Part shown: piece after piece, positions 23,082 through 35,599 of the stretch | Position numbering within the stretch: the first letter of the stretch is position 1 | How the letters are laid out: every line of letters begins with the position of its first letter | Assembly (NCBI GenBank): GCA_030704615.1 | Contig: CM060731.1 | Location: 3,100,001-3,164,000 of the forward strand | Length of the DNA: 64,000 nt | Direction: 5' to 3' | Source: Takakia lepidozioides | Taxonomy: Eukaryota; Plantae; Bryophyta | Made by a program: the position numbers and the translations under genes | Notes under the pieces: generated by a model | Told to the model about the DNA's origin: nothing | Seen by the model: the letters and a program-made list of their open reading frames with translations, nothing else | The model's database searches: none

Positions 23082-26000
23082 ATGGCGGGATCGTCGCCTC
23101 CACGGGAAGGGTCGCTGCGAGGTTACGAGTCTCTCTATCGTCTGCTCTCCACTGAGCTGCCCCCTCATCTCTTCCAGGTATCCTTTATCCTCTAGGACAT
23201 CTTCGCCATACCCCAAATATCAGCCTCCTTCCGTTTGGGATGATCTCAAACATCCCAATTCGCAGAGTGGAAGTAAGAATCAAGGTAAATCGTGAGTTGG
23301 GTAATGGGCATTCCCAATTTTTGGTGGGTTTCACTGGCGTTTCAAGCAAGGTGGTATATTCACTGCTGAAGTTTTAATTGGTGAAATTCAGTGTTTGTTC
23401 ATCCGTAAGCAAGGTTAAAAATGCACTGAAGTTATTTCCTTCTCTTCTCTGGTCTTAAAAACCAGAAACGATAAATTTACCGGCCTGAATTTGGAGTGGG
23501 AGGGGTAAGTTGTGTGGGCAAGGGTATGGCTGCAAGGCCTTGTTATCTATGTTATTGCAAAATATTACAATTATGACTAGAATGTTCTTTAATAGTGAGA
23601 AGAGGAAGACAAGTTTACACTGTTGTACGCCTTGTTTCCTCTTGTGCCTTGACATCACCAGCTTTGGATTTGATCGAGCCTTCACTGTATCACGAGTTGA
23701 GATTGCTCTGAGCAGCTAAGTATGCACAGTTTTGCTCCTCTGAAACTGCGAACTGATCACTTTCGGACGCGGTAATCTTGCGGTAATTTTGATTTGATGG
23801 TCCAGTTGGTAGCTGAAGACTGTCATTATACAAATCTTGATGAAACCTAGTGGCATGGTTAATTTTGGGCTCATTTTTCACACAATTGAGTTCTTGCCTT
23901 TTCACCAGGGGGTCGCTATGATCTCTCTTCCAGCTGCAGGCCTTGCTTTGTTTGCTTGACAATACTTTATGAATGTCACTTATTCCAGGAGGTGAGTCGG
24001 GTGTTATGGGGCTGCAACCGCGGAAAAGTTGTATCCTCCCTTCCTTTGCCAGAGTCTGTGGCATCCTTGGCAACTTCGTCTGACTTCGATCTACAAGTGA
24101 GCTCTGCTTCTGATTTTCATTCTTCTCAACGTTGCCAGTTTCTTTTGAAGGGAGCTATGAGTCATTTTGTGTGAGCTCTTGTTTGTCAGAGTAGTGGGAT
24201 GTCTAATGTTTGTGGTGAGCTGTTGAGGGTATTATCAGTAACATAGGTTTGCTTCATAATGTGCACACATGGGTTTCTTTGAATAGCAACCGGCATTGAA
24301 CCTCAGACGACATAAAGGCATAAAATATATTTCACGTGGCTTGGCAAGGTAATTTCGAAGCATGTGTAGTTGAGCCCTTACATGTAAGGCCCATTGCTCA
24401 TGGGATTTGGGTCAACCAGCTGTAGAAGCTTTTACTCCAGGCAGAGATTCAGGTCCAGTTATCATACCTACCAAAGCTCCAAGAATCTTTCAAACAACAT
24501 GGAACAAGCTTGAGCAGCCTACTTGCATACTGTGTTAGAAAAGGTGGTACTGATGCATTCCTGTGTTGCTGCATGGGAAGGCATTCCAATTCACAGCAGA
24601 TGAGGAGCAGTTACGTGCTCCGCATGTTGTACGTGTGGGTCTGGTTCAGAATGCCATAGTGCTACCTACCACAAAGCCTTTTGCAGAGCAAAAGCAGGCA
24701 ATTATGGACAGAGTTTCCAGTCTCATTGCTGCTGCTGGTAGTGCTGGTGTGAATGTCCTCTGCTTGCAGGTACCACAATCCCTTTCCTCTTCCCCCTCCC
24801 CTAAACACTGGGGTAGTGCCACAATGGGTGATTTGTTCTGTTTAGTACCTACATTTACCTCTCAATACGTCAAATACCAATTTGAGGTGATCTTAATCTT
24901 GCAAGTGGAAGATTGATGGCTTAGCTATGGCAGTACTATATTATCCAAAATGTCATCCCTTTGGAAACAGTTTATAGCAAAAAGCTCAAAGGCAGCAATG
25001 TCTCTGTGGTGGTTTTAAGCAGTACACTCCCCCCCCCACTAAAATGTTCCTCTAGGCAAGAAGGTGGGAAACAGAGTGAAATATGTTATTTTCATCCAAG
25101 CATGAAGTTTCATAAAAAATGGGCGAGCAGGAAGCGTGGACAATGCCCTTTGCATTTTGTACACGGGAGCGCAGCTGGTGTGAATTCGCTGAGTGTGCAG
25201 AGACGGGGAAAACAACACAACTGATGCAGGAGCTTGCAAGGAAATATGGCATGGTAATTGTGAGCCCCATCTTGGAGCGAGATGGAGCCCATGGGGGCAC
25301 CCTTTGGAACACTGCAGTTGTCATTGGGAATCATGGAAACATTATTGGCAAGCACCGCAAGGTGGGCCTGACTGCCTTGGTCAGAGTCATTCATGATCCT
25401 TGTCCTTTCCTCTCTTTCTCCCAGACAATGTCATTTCATTCTCGGGCAAAATGAATCATTGGCTGTGGGAGGCTATGGCAGTTCCCAAGGTAGATTGTTG
25501 CCAAACTTCTTGTACGCATCATATGTGAGAGGAAGGAAAGGGAAAACAAGGGGGACACAGAAGTATAAGCTAACCAGAATGATGAGAAGTCGTTCCTGTT
25601 GGAAATCCTTGAAATGAAGAAGAAAAGGTAATGTGGATGTTGACAGCATGAAGGAATAATGCAACTGGCAAGGGGAGATGGTCCTGAAAAGAGTTGAAAA
25701 GCTGTGGTTGGACAGGCTCAAATATGAAAAGCTTGGCTCGATGCATGAAAGCATGACAAAGTGCTGGGTTGGAGCTTGGTTGGTTGGATGACAGAATCAT
25801 ATACCACGGGTAGGAGACTTCAATGAAAGCACCTATTACATGGAAGGTAACACAGGGCACCCGGTGTTCGAGACAGCATTTGGTAAGATAGCTGTGAACA
25901 TCTGCTATGGCAGGCACCACCCAATGAACTGGCAGGCCTTTGGTATGAATGGAGCAGAAATTGTGTTCAACCCTTCCGCGACTGTAGGAGACCTCAGCGA

Positions 26001-28365
26001 ACCTATGTGGCCCATTGAGGTGTGTAAGAATAGTATTTTAGGTCTAAGTCGGGAAGGAATCCCCTCATTTGCTGCTTACCTAGAGCTGTATTACAGTTCT
26101 TTGCAACTTCAAGGTTCTCCTTCCCTTCTCTTCTAGGCCTATCTTTCTCTCTTAATACTTTATATTACTGAATACCTGAGGAACAAGGGTGCACCCAAAT
26201 TATACTCAACAGACCAAAAACTTCGATGACACCCTTTTCAAGCCAAGAAATGCCTATGCTGGTTGGGCCATGGGGCAAGCAAACACAGCTCTCTCTCTCT
26301 CGTCCAGGAATGTTCGTGGGAACGAGGGATCAACTCTGAAGTAAAAAATCCATGGTTTGCTGCGTTAGTAGGTCTACCTTGGAGTAGGCATCTGCAGTGT
26401 GGGTTGATAACTACAACCAGGCTAACTCTCTAGAATCCATTCAAGTGGGGGTGCTCAAGGAGTGCAGGGTGAGTTTGGCATTACTCCCTTAAGCTCCCGA
26501 CAAGATGAATTCAAGGTCACATGGTGGGGAGCTGCAACATATGACTAATATCAGATATCCTAAGTTAATCGACTCTATATCTTGGAAGCAGGCCCTGTCA
26601 AACAGGCTAAGTCCTGGTGGAAGAGATTAGAAGAGATTTTCAAGGATCTGAATCTAAGTCCGCAAGTCTTGGCCCTGCTGGAGAAATCTGACTTAGAGGC
26701 TGTAGTGTCCAAAGCCATGTCTGTTGTCAGGAAATTGTCTGATGAAAATGAAGTTAGGCAGAAAACTTCCCTGAACTTGTTGCCAGTCTGTGACATGGCT
26801 GAGGCCATCATGGATGACCTCAAGGGTTTACCCACTCTTGGCACTAGACTGAAATTTAAACTCGGGCGGGAAGCCTACCTTTGAAGAGCAAACAGACGCA
26901 GAGAGGAAATGGGTATTGCAAATGCCCGTTGTGTGGGCAACCTGAAGACAAAATCCACTTTCTGATCAATTGTCCTGGGTACTCTCACCAGAGAGACACC
27001 CTCTTCAAATCCATCAAGGGAATTGTTACTGTACCTCTGTTTACCAACTTTGTAAATCTTGAGACTGAGCCAAAAGCCCAGGCCCTTTTGGGGTCTAGTT
27101 ATTGGGCAAATTACACATAGCAGATTGATGTTTTTGTGAAGGAATTTCTAGAGGATATCTGGAAAACTCGGATCACTTGTCTGTTTCAAGTTAAGTCATA
27201 CTACCGGCGTCAGCCCCTGACAAAGGTAGAATCTGTCCCTTTGTGTTCCGCTCAAACTGGGCGCGGGGTCAATGCCACAAGGCTACGGCAACAATGTCTT
27301 ATGAGTACATTCTTTGTTCCGCCCAAACTGGGTGTGTGCTAGCCACCAGGCTACGGCAACCAACGTCTCTTGAGTACATTCTCTCTCTCTTTTCCTTATG
27401 AGTACACTCACCTGTCTACCAATTCTCAAAATCTTGAGGCTCAGCCTAAATCCCTGGCCCTGTTGGGCTCTAATTGCTGGGCAGCTCACACACGGCAGAT
27501 TGATGCTTGTGAAGGGCTTTCTAGGCCGGGGAATCTGGAAAGCCCAAACTAATTGTTTGTATCATGGACGTAAGTCCCAGTACTGGAGTGAGCCCCTCAC
27601 AAGGTAGTGTCTGTTCCCTCTTGTTCCAGCACGGGGTCTATGGCCACAAGGCTATGGCAAATGTCTTATGAGTAGATTCTTTTGTAGTGTGATATCTGGA
27701 ATGCCAGCATCAGATATTACCAAGATAACTCTCACTTCTTTTCCCATGCGAGCTATGGTTGGGGAACCTGCTGGAAGAAGCCATCTTGATGGTGATATTC
27801 TCACTCTCATTAACCCCATACCCCCAATCCTTGTCTGCTGCATCCAAAACAGGTATGGGGTCAATGTCAATGATGCTACAGCAGGCGAACTGTGAGTACT
27901 TGTCTCATGATGTAATGGTGTCCATCCAGTGGTGTAATCGAAGTGACATTTCATTTATGTACTGTCCAGGCTCGCAATGCTGCTATCGCCAATAGCTACT
28001 TCGTGGGCGCAATTAACCGAGTGGGGACAGAGATCTTTCCGAGAGAATTCACTTCAGGTGATGAAAAACCTGCACACAATGATTTTGGTCATTTTTATGG
28101 GTCCAGCTTTATTGCTGCCCCCGATGCATCGTGCACCCCAAGCCTATCTCGCTTCCGTGACGGTCTTTTGGTATCGGATGTTGACTTGAATCTCTGTCAG
28201 CAGTTGAAAGACAAGTGGGGTTTCCGGTTGACTGCTCGCTATGAGCTCTATGCCAAGTCCTTCAGTGAGTATATTAAACCCGACTTCAAGCCACAAATCA
28301 TTAAAGATCCGTTTCTCGAGGGATGTTCTTATAGCTGCAATGGGCTCAAGTCACCAAAACATTAA
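23082..28365 (+). CDS. PYD3: Beta-ureidopropionase (beta-alanine synthase, nitrilase family), 6 exons
   Basis: Exons 23082-23177, 23989-24096, 24581-24769, 25131-25361, 25795-26019, 27970-28365. Motifs [53 protein letters not shown]; catalytic E-K-C present. Confidence 0.96.
26330..27683 (+). mobile_element. Degenerate non-LTR (LINE) 3' ends, three stacked copies in PYD3 intron 5
   Basis: [20 protein letters not shown] zinc motif and IWKTR. Shared terminus ggcta(c/t)ggca...t(a/t)tgagta near 27310, 27380 and 27675. 27410-27560 is a diverged copy of 27040-27185. Confidence 0.75.
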
Positions 28366-29249
28366 ACAATTTTGGTTCATGAAAAGGACTTGAACTACAT
28401 TTGAGAGAGATCAAGACAGAGTGGGGCAGAGAGTCCATACTTGCTGACTATTTCCCTGGGCTTTGCCTAGTGACCATAAACGCCGCGCAAGTTACAACAT
28501 AGCAGAAGGTTTAACTTGATAGAAAAGAGGAAAACCTTGTAGTGGGCACTGAGCGTTTCCCCTTCAGTTGGGACTGTACTTGTATGGGTTATTTGGGATG
28601 CTTGAATTTATCGTATAAGTCTAACTCTCCTTGGAGTTGTTTCTCCTGTATTGTCACAGTAGGTGAATCTCAGTGTCTCACAAAAATGTTCGTGGTATAT
28701 GCATGCTGAACATTCAATGCTTAAAAACTTATTGGCCCCTATCGGGGAACAACAATCATGTATGTGAGTATTTTGACCGCTTGCAACGTTTGTTGGGGAG
28801 GAGACTATATGAGAAACGAAGGTTTCCTCCGACTTTATATCTCTGTCTTCTCCTTCATACAGGACCACTTTGAAGGGGTAGTTAACAATTGGCATAGGTC
28901 TGTGGGAGAAAATGCTGCTAGTATGTAGTAGCAGTGGCCATTGCCTGGTGAGACCTGTGTCATAAAGTTCGGGGGATCTTTGGAAAATGTGAGAGACTAT
29001 ACCAGCTATTACCATCATCATCCAACTCAGAGCCCTCGGTGTCTGTTTCATTTGGAAATTTTATCAGACTCGAGGGTTGCCTTTTTACACTCAATTTCTG
29101 GACAAGTGCCCAAGCTATACATATCGACTCTGGTTTTTTTCTAGCACACGCATTTAAAGCCCTAGAGCTGGGTTATTTTTATCTTAAAGTTGGGGTTTCT
29201 ATTTTTTTTCTCTCATGGTGAAGAGCTATCACAGATGATCCCTGCCTGT

Positions 29250-29750
29250 CCCCAAATGTCTTGAAACCTTCCTGCATGGAGCGCACCCTTGTTGTCCGAT
29301 TTTTATCAATGTTTGGACAGAGAGCGTTCCAAGCCTTCTTAACCTCTTGTCAGATCAATGAATATTTTGGTAAGAAGTGCAGTGATGGAGGTGGTTTGTC
29401 TTTCGGAAGTCCAATTGCATATGCTTTTCCAAAACTGCCAAAGAGTGATGGCTCTCAGTGTTTCGAGTAGAGGACAAGCTATTGTCTTGCTCTTTGATCA
29501 CTGAGAGTAATTGAGCAGAATGGTGACCAGAGTGATGGTGACAGTGTTCCATACTACATGTAAGTGTTTGATGAAGGGCCAAATGGTCATGGGGGCATTA
29601 CAATATAGGAGGTAGTGTTCTAATGACTCATTGGGGTCTGTGGGGCAGCATTTACAAAAGAGCATCTCTTGGAAATGCAGCCAGTCTCCTACCTTCAGCA
29701 CTCTGTTAGCTATTTGCCACAAAAAGGTACTGGTTTTAGAAGCTTGGGGT
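29250..29750 (-). mobile_element. Degenerate LINE (L1-like) ORF2 C-terminal fragment
   Basis: CKCCPTDPNESLEHYLLYCNAPMTIW resembles the zf-RVT motif; surrounding frames broken; extent approximate. Confidence 0.5.
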
Positions 29751-31632
29751 TTTTCCCATATCTATGCCCATATTGCTTCGACAAGATGTCATCCCTACAA
29801 GATGTGATACCCGGAGAGGTAAATGAGGTCATTTCAGCCAGCAGATGTCGCTCTAGAAAAAAAAAAGATGATGAATCCCGGAGGAAGCGTAAATTACGGT
29901 TTCATTTGCCGTCCATTGGAAGGTGGACACTTTGATGTAGGTCTATACTTATATATCAAAGCCATGTGGCAGGAAGGTGTGTATAGTTTTGTAAGAAAAG
30001 AGTACCTTCTAGAGGAAGAGTCATGCCAAAGCAAAGTAACTTATGATTTTACTTCACCCCCGAGTTAGGTAGCATATGCCCAGGCTCGTGCCTCACGCGA
30101 GCATAAGAGGATATACCAAAAAATCCAAGAATATTCTTAGAAGATGCTTAGGCGAAACTAAAATGTGCTCACGTCAAAATGTTCCAAATGTTTGCTAACG
30201 TGAGCACAAGCACAAGCTGGGGCTTAAGGAAGACTCAAGACCCTTGAGCCTTTGTGGGAGGCCCAGTTGACCTTGACAGTTACTACAGCAGTAATAAGTT
30301 ATGAAGAGACCATGTAATTTACTAGTCAACCCTCTTTTTTAGCAAATGTATTAACACTTGTCATGTGATTGTTGATAATCACTCGTATAATTGAGCTCTG
30401 TTTCTAAACAGCGGCCCCTCTCCCGAAAAAAAGAAGGAAAAGAGAAAGTCCTCAAAGCAAAACAAACATGTGAAGTTGAATTGCATGCCAGAGGCTTGAT
30501 TTCACAGTCAGCGAGAATGTGAATCTTACCGACAAAGCGATGATGGAATTGGGGAGGGTGCTGATGGAGTGCAGATAGCTTTGTGTGGAGTGTGAAGAGA
30601 GTGTGGTGTGGTTGGTGGTGTGGGTTTGTGCTGTTGACCCGGGTTGCGTGCTGCTGTCGTTTCGTCCATGACAGCGTCGGGGGCATGGGTCCCTGAAGGC
30701 CACCAGAAGTTGCAGAGAACAGAGTGCAGGTGCGTAGCAACTCACGCGGCAATGGGCTTTGAGGACAGACAAAACTTGGGTTTGAAGACGGGGAAGCAGG
30801 CTGGAGTTGGGTCTGGAAAACGTAATTTTGAGATTGCGTAATTTTGCTGATGGAGGGCCGGGAGTGAAACATTGATATCGGAGCTAGCGGAGTGAGCAGG
30901 CCCGTGTGTTCCTTGATGTGATTTGCTTGGGGGCACTGGGAAACGGGGGACGGTACAGAGGCGCAATCGAGCAAGCTTGTTGTCAGGTATGTACTTGCAT
31001 GATTGTTGATATGTGTCATTCTGGAGAGAGGAGACGCGTTCACCCAATAACATCGAGAGAAGCATGTGCTGGCATTGGGACTGGCGAACATGTTAGCGCA
31101 ATTATAATGCATGGTCGGAGGGGGAGAGAGAGAGAGATTCACATAGCATGTCAAAGCTAGACAAGGAAACACTAAGCACAATGTGCCGTGTTTGCCTCTT
31201 TTTAACGACATCATACAGCCTAATCTAGGCACCATCAAACTAGAATCAGAGTAGAGCTTAATCAAGTAAGCATGACAACAAGCACCTATTCCCAAAAGGA
31301 AGACCAAGTACTCAAGCAAGGACCAATATAGAAGCCCTTGCTTTTGCACAAGTATTCCTAGATTCAGAGTAGAGCTTAGTCAAGTCCATGTAAGTTCCTC
31401 ATAGTGTCAACTCTCTTTGTGTTGCCATACTAACCAGCCCATCACACTGTTGAAGGAGTCTGAATGAATACCTTGCTCGTAGCCATAGTGCAGTCAGAGA
31501 ATGCTGGGGGACCAAGGGGCTTAGGGACTGTAGACAAGAAATCCTGGAATGAATTTAAGATCTTAATGAGTTGGACAGGTAATCAAAGTTCTAAAGGGAT
31601 TGAATTTGGCAGGGTTCGTGCAGGAAGAGGCC

Positions 31633-34600
31633 ATGGCCAAGTATTTGTTGCACGGGACGCTGCATGTTACCATTTATGAAGCAGCGGACCTGGTCAACCG
31701 GGATAGGAAAACAGGTGCTGCTCCAAAGATCTTGAGAAAGGTCAGATCTCTGAACCTGGAATCCGGTGTAGTGTACTTTTCACTGTTGCTTTCAAGCTGC
31801 AGACCAGATCCTGCAGAACCCTGCATGAGAGTGCAACACATGTGGACTTTATAGCAGGTGCTGGTCTCTTTTGGTTGAAGTCCATGGGGAGCAACGCACA
31901 CAAGTGTGCTACCCCTCCACATAGCAATAAGCTGTGAACTGCAATGTGTCTGACATCTGTAGCAAACTGGTCCTGCAATAATCTGATGCACCTAGTGCTG
32001 AACTCTTATTATTTGAGCACTAAGAAAGGAGGTGTTGGGTGTGGGGCAGTTTATCGAGAGTGCCGAAGACGCAGTTGGCCTAGGAAAGGGGTACAGCAGA
32101 TACTATGCAACTGTTGATTTGGAGACATCAAGAGTTGGGCGCTCACGCATCCTACCTGGTCATGAACCCAGAGATCCTGTGTGGAACGAGTCTTTTCGCA
32201 TTTACTGTGCACACTGTGTGTCAGAGGTGCGAATTTCCATCAAGGATGCCGCCGTTGTGGGCACTGCTGTGGTAGGCCGAGCAAGGGTCCTTGCCGCCGA
32301 GCTGCTGTCTGGGAAAGTGGTTGACAGCTGGTATCATCTGTACAAAGATAATGGTGGACAGTTGAAAGATGCACGCATACGGTTTCGCTTGCAGTTCTTT
32401 GAGGCCTCCCATGAACACAACTGGGGAATGGGTGTTGGAGATGCATGGTACCCAGGTGTACCCTACTGTTTCTTCCCACAGCGGAAGGGGTGCAGGCTCA
32501 CTTTATACCAGGATGCACACATGCCTGACAACTTTCTCCCCCCTATATATCTGGCAGGTAACAGTTCTCGGCAGCCCACCCGTTGTTGGGAAGATGTGTT
32601 TGAGGCCATTAGCAATGCACGGCATCTAATTTATATATCAGGATGGTCTATCTACACTGAGATCACCTTGGTTCGGGATCCACGCCGACAAATTCCAGGC
32701 AGCGATGGGGTAACCTTGGGAGAACTGCTGAAGCGCAAGGCTGATGAGGGAGTAAGAGTGAACCTGCTGGTTTGGGATGACCGGACGTCTGTGGGCTTCA
32801 TGAAAGGGATTATGTCTACGCATGACGAAGAGACTATGATCTACTTTCAAAACACCAATGTGAATTGTTGTCGTTGCCCTCGCAATCCTGACCAGAGTCT
32901 AAGTGTTGTACAGGGAATGACTATTGGCACCATGTTTACCCACCATCAGAAAATCATTATTGTTGATGCTCCTGTCCCGGTTCACTACTCTGACAATCGG
33001 AGACTAGTAAGTTTTGTAGGAGGTATTGACCTGTGTGATGGTCGGTATGATACCCAATACCATTCCCTCTTTCATACACTCAACAATGTGCACAGCAAGG
33101 ACTTCCACCAGACAAATTTCACAGGGGCCTCTCTAGAATGTGGTGGACCTCGGGAGCCGTGGCATGACATCCACTGCAAGCTGGAAGGTCCAGCCGCTTG
33201 GGATGTGCTCTACAACTTTGAGCAGCGCTGGCGAAAGCAGGCTGGTCAAAATAAGGAGTCATTGCTGCTTCCCATCCAGGACATGTATGATATTGACCCC
33301 CCAACTGGTGTCACCACAGAGAATGACCCGGACACCTGGCATGTGCAGGTCTTTCGATCCATTGATGCAGGTAGGTTCTAAGACATTTGAGCTGGTTGGT
33401 GTTTCACTCTCAAACTGTCCAGGTGGGTGCATTCTTGATACTGGTGCACTGGAGTGGGGGCATCTAGCTAGACTAGCCACAACATGTGTGCACAGTAACA
33501 ATGTCAACTTCATGCACTTGAACCATGTTTAAAGGTAATCACTCTATTGCAATTGTTGGAGCATAATAGTATGTAACGATTCGCTAACCATTCAGGTGCC
33601 GCATCTGGTTTCCCATCGGATCCGGAGGATGCAGCAAAGGCCGGGTTGGTAAGTGGGAAAGACAACACGATTGATCGCAGCATCCAGGATGCATATATTA
33701 ATGCAATCAGACGTGCAAAGAATTTCATCTACATAGAAAACCAATACTTTCTGGGGAGCTGTTTTGCATGGGATACCAAGAAGGAATGTGGTGCCGAGCA
33801 TCTTATCCCCATAGAGCTGGCGCTGAAGATTGTAAGCAAGATTGAGAGAGGCGAACGGTTTGCGGTCTATGTTGTGCTACCCATGTGGCCGGAAGGTGTG
33901 CCTGAGAGTGGATCGGTTCAGGCCATATTGGATTGGCAGAAGAGGACAATGGAAATGATGTACAAAGAGATAGCAAACGCATTGCATGCGCGGCAGATTT
34001 ATGATCAGAGTCCCAAGGATTACCTCACCTTCTTCTGTTTAGGAAACCGGGAAACAAGGCTCGAGGGGGACTTTGTACCAACCAGGAACCCAGAAAATTC
34101 TAACTACAAAAGTGCCCAAGAGAACCGACGGTTCATGATCTATGTGCACGCTAAGATGATGATTGGTAAGCTCACTTATACATCCCCCTTGCCTTACACC
34201 TTCTATCTAGTTTCATTGATACAACCAGGATATCTATATGTTTTTCTTCAAAATAGGTTTATTGTGATATTTGTAGGAAATCTTGGCAGGGTTTTTCCAC
34301 ATGGATTTGGAGTTAGATGTTAAAGCTTTCTGGTTGGAGGCAAGAAGAATCTCATTTCCGGGTTACCAGGTACACATTGAGACTCAGCTTCTCAAGGTGT
34401 GGCAGTCATGTGAGTTGTTTTCATGGTTACTTGAAATGACGCTGCTGCAGTATCTCACTGCCAGCATTGAGAAAGTCACATGGACACCCAATGCAATTGG
34501 GTGTGTGGAGGATTGTTCACAAATGTCATGTGTAGGGATGTAATCCAGTTTCAGGAGGAATGTGATGATACTCTAGCCATTATGGTGACACAATGGTTGT

Positions 34601-35044
34601 TTGTGCTGTGTAGTGGATGATGAGTACATAATTGTTGGTTCAGCCAATATCAACCAGCGGTCCATGGATGGAGCGAGAGACTCTGAGATTGCAATGGGTG
34701 CCTACCAGCCTTACCATCTCGTGGCCCACCAGCCTCCTGTCGGACAGGTTCATGGGTTCCGGATGAGTTTGTGGTATGAACATATGGGCAGACTGGACAA
34801 TGCATTTTTACAGCCCTGGAGCCTGGACTGTATACGGCAAGTAAACCACATAGGTGAGGAGTTGTGGGACATGTTTGTGGGGGAAGCTGTGGTGGACTTA
34901 CCTGGCCATTTACTGACCTACCCTGTTGCTGTAGCAAATGATGGTTCTGTGTCCGAGCTACCAGGAAGGACATATTTTCCAGACACCAAAGCCCGTGTTC
35001 TGGGCACCCTATCTGAATTTTTACCTGAGATCCTTACCACTTGA
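31633..35044 (+). CDS. PLDalpha: Phospholipase D alpha (C2-PLD), 4 coding exons
   Basis: Exons 31633-31740, 32050-33370, 33596-34165, 34614-35044. C2 domain [13 protein letters not shown]; HKD1 HHQKIIIVD; [10 protein letters not shown]; HKD2 YVHAKMMI|VDD; [11 protein letters not shown]; C-terminus LPEILTT. Confidence 0.97.
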
Positions 35045-35599
35045 TCATTTTGCGAGAGGAAAGTGGCTATGCTACCTGATGCACTTGGAGTGTTTACATA
35101 TAAAGAGAAGCTGGTGCCTATTCCTTGATTAACAAGTGGAACGTGTTCACATGTCAATAGTATTGTTCAGTTTCACTCCTGCAAAAGCTTTTTACTACAG
35201 TGGATTTTCTGTATGTATTGGGAATACTGGCCTTTCTGCTGACCCTTTACAGGCCATAAAGGCTAGTAAGGTGCCCATTCCAGAGTACATATCACCAATT
35301 CCTTTTCTCTTCTTGGTTCTGTCTGTTGGACTGGAAAATGATGAAGAGAAGTCGGTGTTCAAAAGATGCATTCCCAGTCAGCTATGGCAAGGTGTCCCAA
35401 GGCCTCTTTCTCTTCCACTAATCACTTCCCAGCTATACCAAGAGATACAAGCAAAGCAATTGATTTCTTGTTCAATCTAAGGGGACAACGTCAGTTTACC
35501 TGAAATTCACTGCTACTGCTCGATAACCACGGAGAAAGTGCCTTCAATGACACACCATGTTTTCAACTGCACATTTCATGCTGCCCTCTCTTTGATGCA

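Noticed and set aside
30351-31349. 332-aa minus-strand ORF upstream of PLD
   Set aside because: Non-ATG start, low-complexity composition, antisense to the probable PLD promoter/5' UTR; likely spurious.
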